Below are positions 54,960-64,000 of a stretch of 64,000 bases of DNA, in pieces. The stretch is from Octopus vulgaris (Eukaryota). Each line of letters opens with the position of its first letter. Position 1 is the first letter of the stretch. The translations under genes and the position numbers were made by a program. Where the stretch lies: contig OX597841.1 in NCBI GenBank assembly GCA_951406725.2, positions 24,242,001 through 24,306,000 on the forward strand, in the 5' to 3' direction. The notes under the pieces are model-generated. The model did not search any database, was not told the DNA's origin, and saw nothing but the letters and a program-made list of their open reading frames with translations.

Positions 54960-55439
54960 ATCACCTTGATCATCATCATCATCATCATCATCATTAATAC
55001 CATCATCATTTTGATTGTAATGATTATCATTGTCATCATCATCATCATTTTAGTCATCCAAATAGTTTATCATCATCATCATCATTTTTGTCATCCAAAT
55101 GGTTTATCATCATCAGCATCATCATCATTGTCATCATCATCATTTTTGTCATCATTTTTGTCATCCAAATGGTTTATGAGCATCATCGTCATCATCGTCG
55201 TCATCCTCATCATCGAATTGTTATCAGGTCTGTCACTAGCAGTGTCTCAGTGTTCTCCTCTCCTCCATCCCCATCTTCCGCAATCACCTCCTTCATCTCG
55301 TTGCCATGATAGTCATTGACTGTCATCATTGTCTTTGTCACCTTCAACATCATGATCATCATCACCATCACCATCATCATCATCGTCATCGTCATCGTCA
55401 TCATCGTCATCGTCATCATCGTCGTCATCATCATCATCG

Positions 55440-55508
<69 letters not shown>

Positions 55509-55517
55509 CCGTCGTCG

Positions 55518-55548
<31 letters not shown>

Positions 55549-55758
55549 CATTGTCATCATCATCATTGTCATCATCATCATCATCATCATCATTATCACT
55601 GTCATCATCATCATCATCATCATCATCACCGTCATCATCATCATCATTGTCATCATCATTGTCATCATCACCACCACCACCACCACCACACCACCATTAT
55701 CATCATCATCATCATCATCATCATTATCATCATCACCACCACCACCACCACCATCTCT

Positions 55759-55789
<31 letters not shown>

Positions 55790-55805
55790 CCATCATCATC
55801 GTCAT
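54960..55805. repeat. (CAT)n trinucleotide tract ending in a family B tail
   Basis: Directly visible. Confidence 0.9.
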
Positions 55806-56171
55806 TTAATGTCAGTTTCCCTGCTGGCATGAGTTGGACAGCTTGACAGGCGGGTGAGCAAGGTCAAGGGGTTTCACACAAAGATTCGTCGTCACGTTCC
55901 TGAAGCGGAGAGAAATTCATGAACACCTCTTTTGTGTTGATGCTGAAATGCGAATGTAGTGATGGATAAAAGCTCATAAAATACTGGGCATAAAATATGC
56001 TCCTTGGGCTTGATTACGTCACTCACACGAAAGATGAAGGTCGTTACATAATAGCTGCATTTTCGTGACAGCAATTTCATAAATAGCAATATTTTCATAT
56101 GTATGTTTATAGGTGTGTGAGTGTGAGTGTGTATGTGTGTGTGTATGTATATGTGTGTGTGTGTGTGTGTA

Positions 56172-56211
<40 letters not shown>

Positions 56212-56464
56212 TATATATATATGTGTGAGTGTGTGTGAGTGTGTGTGTATATATATATATGTATATATGTGTGTGTGTGTGTGTGTGTATATATGTATAT
56301 ATGTATATATATGTGTGTGTGTGTGAGTGTGTGTGTGTGTGTGTATATATATGTGTGTGTGTGTGGTGTGTGTGTGTATATATATATGTGTGTATATATG
56401 TGTGTGTGTATGTATACATTAATATATGTATATGTATATATGTCTATATATATGTGTGTGTCTT

Positions 56465-56505
<41 letters not shown>

Positions 56506-56580
56506 ATATATATATGCACACACACACAACATATATATATTTATATATAGATATGTATATATACTCTGCATACATATAAA

Positions 56581-57000
56581 TAGCCAGCAAAATATACTAG
56601 CTTCATTTCTTACAAGCCTACACATGTCCTCAGCAGTCACAGCCCATGTTTCACTGCCATGTAGTATGGCTGTTCACCCACAGGCATCATACGGTCTGCT
56701 TTTCACTCTGAGGGAGAGGCCCTTTGTTACCACCAAGGTAGGGGCTTTGTGAACTGTGTCCAGCCTATTCTTATTCTAGCTGCTATGCTCTTAGAACATC
56801 CACTTCACTACTGACTCGGTCACCAAAGTAACAGAAGCTATAGACTACTAGTTTTTCCCCTGCCATGTGATGGAATCTATTTCCTGTACATTTTTAGCGT
56901 TAATTGCCCCTATGCACCTTCCACACACAAAAACTATTTTCCCTGTTAACCTTCCTCTGATATTGCTGCACCTCTTATGTGTCCATAGCTTACACCAGGT
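56581..57000 (-). pseudogene. RTE LINE ORF2 fragment (inverted 5' part)
   Basis: Minus strand CKLWTHKRCSNIRGRL..FVCGRC..FCYFGD..IAARIRIGW..KGLSLRVKSRPYDAC..LHGSETWAVTAEDMCRLVRNEASIFCWL, post-RT RTE motifs (YLG, LYGSETW). Confidence 0.85.
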
Positions 57001-57930
57001 GTGTGCAAAATCACTGTGCATAAACAACAAAGTGTAATTGGGTTTAAAAAGCATCAGATGTAGCGTGCAAGAGAGAAGACTGCACCGGTATGGCCAAACG
57101 ATATGTGTGGACAAGGCGGCGAGCTGGCAGAAACGTTAGCACGCCGGGTGAAATGCTTAGCAGCATTTCATCTGCGTTACGTTGTGAGTTCAAATTCTGC
57201 CGAGGTCGACTTTGCCTTTCATCCTTTCGGGGTCGATAAATTAAGTACCAGTTACACACTGGGGTCGATGTAATCGACTTAATACCTATGTCTGTCCTTG
57301 TTTGTCCCCTATGTGTTTAGCCCCTTGTGGGTAATAAAGAAATAGGTATTTCGTCTGCAGTTATGTTCTGAGTTCAAATTCCGCCGAGGTTGACTTTGCC
57401 TTTCATCCTTTCAGGGTCGATAAATTAAGTACCAGTTACGCACTGGGGTCGATATAATCGACTTAATACCTATGTCTGTCCTTGTTTGTCCCCTCTATGT
57501 TTAGCCCCTTGTGGGTAATAAAGAAATAGATATGTGTGGACAAGGACAGTTGTGTAAAGAAGGGCCAATCTCAAACTGTGGTAGGGAACCTGTGGAAGTG
57601 GTAGACCCAGGAAGACATAGGACGAGGTGGTGAAGCCAGGATCTTTGGATGCTGAGACTCATAAAGGTGAGGGCAAGTGACCCAGACCATTGGTGATTTG
57701 CTGTAATTGAGAAGACACATGAAACCAAGTGAAATGATAGTCATGGTGAGTGCCAGTGACATGTAAAAGACACCCAGTACACTCTATGGAGTGGTTGGCA
57801 TTAGGAAGGGCGTCCAGCTGTAGAAGCCAAACCAAAACAGATTACTGGAGCCTGGTGCAGCTCTCCAGCATAGTGGTTCCGGTCAAACATTCTGACCTAT
57901 GCCAGCATGGGAAATGGACACTAAATGATT
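57001..57930 (+). mobile_element. RTE LINE 3' part and 3'UTR, interrupted by a SINE
   Basis: CKITVHKQQSV..SIRCSVQERRLHRYGQ then GTCGSGRPRKT*DEVVK, continuing into family B sequence. Confidence 0.8.
57115..57528 (+). mobile_element. tRNA-headed SINE with Meta-domain-like core, internally duplicated, 15-bp TSD
   Basis: TSD GATATGTGTGGACAA at 57100-57114 and 57529-57543; core GCCTTTCATCCTTTCGGGGTCGATAAATTAAGTACC present twice. Confidence 0.85.
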
Positions 57931-58140
57931 ATCAAGACAAAGGTCACGATGTTTTGATGACCCCCCACACACACGCATCCACACACACAAACACACACAC
58001 ACATTCACACACACAAACACACACATCCACACACACACATCCACACACACAAACACACACACATCCACACACACAAACACACACACACATCCACACACAC
58101 AAACACACACACATCCACACATACAAACACAAACACACAT

Positions 58141-58190
<50 letters not shown>

Positions 58191-58682
58191 CCACACACAC
58201 ACACACACACACACGTGTGTGGTAGAATTGATATTTTCAAACTACCATGAATAGTTCTGAAAATGAGTCTGTCATTTAATTTATCAGCCTCACTTCTATA
58301 TATGGATGTTCATACGTATATTTATACGGCTATTTTATACATGTTCAAATGTTAATGTAATATATGTAACCATATTATGAAGCAGGTGTAAATGAATAAA
58401 ATGAACATTTATTCACTCACCTAACCTCTCTTATCTGTTCTATGACAACTATACACACACACACACAAATATATATACACATATATATATATATACATAT
58501 ACATATATATGTCATATATATATATATGTATATATGTATATATATATACATATATATACATATATACATATATATGCATATATACATATATATATACATA
58601 TATATACATATATATATATATATAAAAGAAAACGAGCCATCTAATCCGGTTTATGAATGCATATATATATATATATACATAT

Positions 58683-58719
<37 letters not shown>

Positions 58720-58825
58720 CGCATATACATATATATGTCTCTCAATCTCTCTCTCTCTATATATATATATATACACATATACATATATATGTCTATATAT
58801 ATATATACACTCACACATGTGTGTA

Positions 58826-58862
<37 letters not shown>

Positions 58863-59101
58863 GCCTATCTCTCTCCCCCTTCTCTCTCCTCCCCCCTCTC
58901 TCGTTTTTGGGGAAGAATAACATGTAATAACCTAATGATATGTCATTTTTTACTTCTCTGACAAGATTTTGCCCCAATAAAATGTTTTAATTACTGGAAC
59001 TTAATTCTTTTGGGCAAAGTCAAAACAGCCATAAGAGAACATGTTGAATTTTTGCAGCTAATAAATTACGTTATTGCTACTTCCCCATTTTCTGGATTTT
59101 A

Positions 59102-59138
<37 letters not shown>

Positions 59139-59144
59139 TGTATA

Positions 59145-59493
59145 CAGGGGTTGGACAAAATAATGGAAACACCTAGCATCATAGCATCATAACATCATAA
59201 TTTTGAAATATCTATAAAACCGTCAAAAACTTGTTTATTTTTATGCTTTTTGATTTATTATTAGTGTTGCTTAATATGTTTTGCTAAAATTGCTCTTTTA
59301 CTTATTTCAGTCATTTGACTGCGGCCGTGCAGGAGCACCGCCTTTAATCGAGCAACTCGGCCCCGGGAATTATTCTTTGTAAGCCCAGTACTTATTCTAT
59401 CAGTCGCTTTTGCCGAACCGCTAAGTGACGGGAACATAAACACACTAGCATCGGTTGTCAAACAATGCTAGGGGAACAAACACAAACACACAA

Positions 59494-59530
<37 letters not shown>

Positions 59531-60042
59531 CATATATACGACAGGCTTCTTTCAGATTCCGTCTACCTAATCCACTCACAAGGCCTTGGTCGGCCCGAAG
59601 CTATAGTAGAAAACAGTTGCCCAAGGTGCCACGCAGTGGGACTGAACCCAGAACCACGTAGTTGGTATCAGATATCATCAGGAAAAGGTAATTAAAATTC
59701 ATTAAAATGACAGATCTATTGGACTTTCAAAGGGGCCAAATTGTTGGTGCTCATATGGCAGGTGCTAGTGTAACGAAAACAGCTGAAACGTTGGGTGTAT
59801 CAAGAAGTACTGTCTCGAAAGTAATGACAGCCTTTGAGAAAGAGGGAAAAACCTCCTTGTTGAAACAAAACTCCGGAAAAAGACCAAAACTTTCAGATAG
59901 GGACCATCAGATTTTTATGTGAATTACTAGAAAGGATCACAAAAGTACAGCTCCCAAAATTAGTGCAGAGCTTAATGACCACCTTGAGAACCCAGTTTCT
60001 ACGAAAACTGTTGGCCAGGAGCTGCACAAAGCCAGATTTCAT
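59145..60042 (+). mobile_element. Tc1-like transposon 5' remnant (TIR and transposase N-terminus), interrupted by a family A SINE at 59295-59660
   Basis: TA|CAGGGGTTGGACAAAATAATGGAAAC TIR-like start; ORF 59707-59922 MTDLLDFQRGQIVGAHMAGASVTKTAETLGVSRSTVSKV..SGKRPKLS (paired-like HTH, GRPR-like linker), continuing after a stop as ITRKDHKSTAPKISAELN..VSTKTVGQELH. Confidence 0.85.
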
Positions 60043-60249
60043 TCTCCAAAGAGAGATTTCTGTTTATTTCAAAATAATTTCCACAAAACAGGTGCAGGTG
60101 TGGCTGTGAGGTAAGAAGTTTACTTCCCAATCATGTCATGGTTTATGCCCTCATAGCTTAGGGGGTTTGACAAAACGGACCAGCAGAAAGAGTAACAGGC
60201 TTTAAAAAAATAAAGTACTGGGGTCAATTTGTTTACTTTCTCATTTTTC

Positions 60250-61010
60250 TCTCTTTTACTTGTTTCAGTCATTTGACTGCGGCCATGCTGGAGCACCGCC
60301 TTTAGTCGAGCAAATCGATCCCGGGAATTATTCTTTGTAAGCCCAGTACTTATTCTATCGGCTCTTTTGCCGAACTGCTAAGTGACGGGGACGTAAACAC
60401 ACCACCATCGGTTGTCAAGCAATGCTAGGGGGACAAACACACACACACACACATACATATATACATATATACGACAGGCTTCTTTCAGTTTCCGTCTACC
60501 AAATCCACTCACAAGGCTTTGGTCGGCCCGAGGCTATAGCAGAAGACACTTGCCCAAGGTGCCACGCAGTGGGACTGAACCCGGAACCATGTGGTTGGTA
60601 AGCAAGCTACTTACCACACAGCCACTCCTGCGCCTATATATATATATATATATATATACGACAGGCTTCTTTCAGTTTCCGTCTACCAAATCCACTCACA
60701 AGGCTTTGGTCGGCCCGAGGCTATAGCAGAAGACACTTGCACAAGGTGCCACGCAGTGGGACTGAACCCGGAACCATGTGGTTGGTAAGCAAGCTACTTA
60801 CCACACAGCCACTCCTGCGCCTATATATATATATATATATATATACGACAGGCTTCTTTCAGTTTCCGTCTACCAAATCCACTCACAAGGCTTTGGTCGG
60901 CCCAAGGCTATAGTAGAAGACACTTGCCCAAGATGCCACACAGTGGGAATGAACCCGGAACCATGTAGTTGGTAAGCAAGCTACTTACCACACAGCCACT
61001 CTTGCGCCTA
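60250..61010 (-). mobile_element. family A SINE with the 5' head present three times (~187-bp period)
   Basis: Heads at about 60470-60635, 60657-60822, 60845-61010 separated by (TA)n. Confidence 0.9.
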
Positions 61011-61554
61011 TTTGACTAAAGAAAATTCTTTAAGGCAGTGCCCCAGCATGGCCACAATCTAATGACTAAGACAAATGAAAAAGAAACACCGACATAGTCT
61101 AAGAGGCAAAAGTAGAATAACATAGATTGTAATTAAGGGCTTCTTCTGCACTTTTGCGTTTTCTAATTAGTGCTTTTGATTTTACTTGGAGATTAGAAAG
61201 CCATATGGACTAGTCATCTCTGTGATCTCAATTAGTAACTTTAATTGCGAAACTTAAGTGTCAGCTGTTTGACTTAAGCCTTATTAAAATCATCTTCTTC
61301 AAAGTGTATCGTTGCTATTGGGTTCTTGGCTTTTGAATGTTCAGTCAGTAGCAGATGGACTTATAAATGCAATTATTGGTATGTGTGAGTGTTTATATAT
61401 GTGTGTGTATACATAAATGCAAATAGTTATTAATCTGAACAAATGGTAAGAGAGAAGAAAGAGAGAAGAAATGAAATTGAAGATCACAGAGAACATATAT
61501 TCATTTATTTATATTTTAACGTGTGTGTGTCTATATGCATACATACTACATCAT

Positions 61555-61852
61555 TATTATCATCATCATCGTTTAGCATCCGCTTTCCATGCTGGCATGG
61601 GTTGGACGGTTCAACTGGGGTCTGGGAAGCCAGAAGGCTGCACCAGGCTCCAGTCTGGTCTGGCAGTGTTTCTACAGCTGGATGTCCTTCCTAACACCAA
61701 CCACTCTGTGAGTGTAGTGGGTGCTTTTTACGTGCCAGACGAGGCTGGCAAACAGCCATGATCTGATGGTGCTTTTTACGTGCCACCGGCACGGGGGCCA
61801 GGCGAGGCTGGCAATGGCCATGATCGGATGGTGCTTTTTATGTGCCACCAGC
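61555..61852 (-). mobile_element. family B
   Basis: Motif match. Confidence 0.85.
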
Positions 61853-61939
61853 ATACACACTAGGAAAAACATTTACGAGACGATACAAAAAACACGGACG
61901 GGACATTCGAAGCCTTCAATCTTCAGTCAAGAACCGGAT

Positions 61940-62125
61940 CAAGCAATCCTAGGGGGACAAACACAGACACACAAACACACACATACACACATATACACTC
62001 ACAAGGCTTTGGTCGGCCCAAGGTTATAGTAGAAGACACTTGCCCAAGGTGCCACGCGGTGGGATTGAACCCGGAACCATGTGGTTGGTAAACAAGCTAC
62101 TTACCACACAGCCACTCCTGCGCCT
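61940..62125 (-). mobile_element. family A partial copy
   Basis: Motif match. Confidence 0.8.
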
Positions 62126-62439
62126 GTATGTGTAATTACATCTACTTATTTTTAACTACCTGCATATAAGGCTATATTTGTGTCAATGTTTGAAAGGTCG
62201 TGTTTTCATTTGTGTTCTATACAATATATTACGGCAATAATTCCTAAACACATCTTTGTGTAGTTCATGACAACAATCTACATCTCTCACTTTGTTTTTA
62301 TTTATTTTCTTCTTCGTGAAATTTGTCTAGACAATGGAATGGCTGTTTAAAATATACTTGCAGACTAACAGATAGCATTCTAATATTACTAACTCGCATA
62401 GATGCAAACGTTTTTTTATCAAAAGCTATATGAGTGTAT

Positions 62440-63165
62440 GTATATCTATCTACCTACCTACCTACCTATTATCTATCTATCTATCTGTCTATCTATCTGT
62501 CTATCTACCTATTTATATAGACATGTACATACATTCATACATACATGCATATATACACATATACATACATACATACATACATATATAAGTACATGCATGC
62601 ATGCCTACATACACACACACATCCTTGCATACATACATATATACATACATACATACATACATATATACGTACATGCATGCATGCATACATGCCTACATAC
62701 ACACACACATCCTTGCATACATACATATATACATACATACATACATATATACATACATACATACATACCTATATACATACATACATGCATATATACGTAC
62801 ATACATGCATGCATACATGCCTACATACACACACACATCCTTGCATACACACATACATACATACATACATACATACATACATACATACATACATACAAAC
62901 ATACATACATACATACATATGTACGTACATGCATGCATACATGCCTACATACACACACACACACATCCTTGCATACATACATACATGTCTGTCTCTTTGT
63001 CTGCCTGTCTGTGTGCCTGTTTGCCTATTTATGTACCTACATATATGTATATATATAGTGAAAAACTGAGTAATACATATATATATATATATATATGTTT
63101 ATGTGTATTATAAATACATAAATATATATATACATGCATATATATACATATATATATATACATAT

Positions 63166-63263
<98 letters not shown>

Positions 63264-63350
63264 GTATATATATATATATATATAAATATACATATGTTTA
63301 TGTGTGTATCATAAATACATAAATATATATACATGCATATAGATGCACAT
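62440..63350. repeat. (CATA)n-based minisatellite and (TA)n
   Basis: Recurring CATGCCTACATACACACACACATCCTTGCATAC. Confidence 0.9.
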
Positions 63351-63604
63351 GTGTTTAGATGCAATACATGCATATGTATTGTATGAGAGTGTGTGGTCCA
63401 GTGGTTAGGCTGTTGCACTCAGAAGTATGAGATCGTGGGTTCGATTTCAAGACTGAGCAGTGTATTGTGATTTTTGAGCAAATTCCTTGCCCCCACATTG
63501 CTCTGCAACCACTTCGACTTCTGCCGTGTGCTACACCATGGCCTTGTACAGACAACGTTGACTTGATACAGGAAGTGAGTTAATAATGTACGGCACAAAC
63601 ATTT

Positions 63605-63809
63605 ACTTACTTTACTTTACTTTTACTTGTTTCAGTCATTTGACTGCGGCCATGCTGGAGCACCGCCTTTAGTCGAGCAAATCGACCCCGGGACTTATTC
63701 TATCGGTCACTTTTCGCCGAACCGCTAAGTGACAGGGACGTAAACACACCAGCATCAGTTGTCAAGCAATGCTAGGGGGGACAAATACAGACACACAAAC
63801 ACACACACC

Positions 63810-63856
<47 letters not shown>

Positions 63857-64000
63857 GACAGGCTTCTTTCAGTTTCCGTCTACCAAATCCACTCACAAGG
63901 CTTTGGTCGGCCCGAGGCTATAGTAGAAGACATTTGCCCAAGATGCCACGCAGTGGGACTGAACCCGGAACCATGTAGTTCATAAGCAAGCTACTTACCA
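63605..64000 (-). mobile_element. family A SINE running off the window end
   Basis: Motif match. Confidence 0.9.

Overview
AT-rich, extremely repeat-dense eukaryotic DNA, intronic or intergenic. The SINE families and the very high (TA)n/(CA)n/(CATA)n/(CAT)n microsatellite load suggest an octopus or other coleoid cephalopod genome (inference, not verified). No intact host protein-coding gene is supportable; nearly all listed ORFs are microsatellite or tandem-repeat artefacts. The window holds dozens of tRNA-headed SINE copies (at least 4 families), RTE-clade LINE 3' fragments, several Tc1/mariner remnants, and minisatellites grown from transposon pieces. The main finding is that several unrelated short AT-rich elements, almost all in or next to (TA)n tracts and often arranged as long fold-back inverted repeats, carry minimal type-I hammerhead ribozyme motifs (CUGAnGA...GAAA-palindromic stem III-NUH). 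This points to a diverse set of non-autonomous Penelope-like/retrozyme-type elements. Other notable items are a 5'-inverted RTE insertion with twin-priming geometry, a telomeric (CCCTAA)4 insert inside a SINE, a 13-copy array of a SINE 3' end, and a large inverted pair of complex minisatellites. All structures were read by eye; coordinates are approximate to a few bases.
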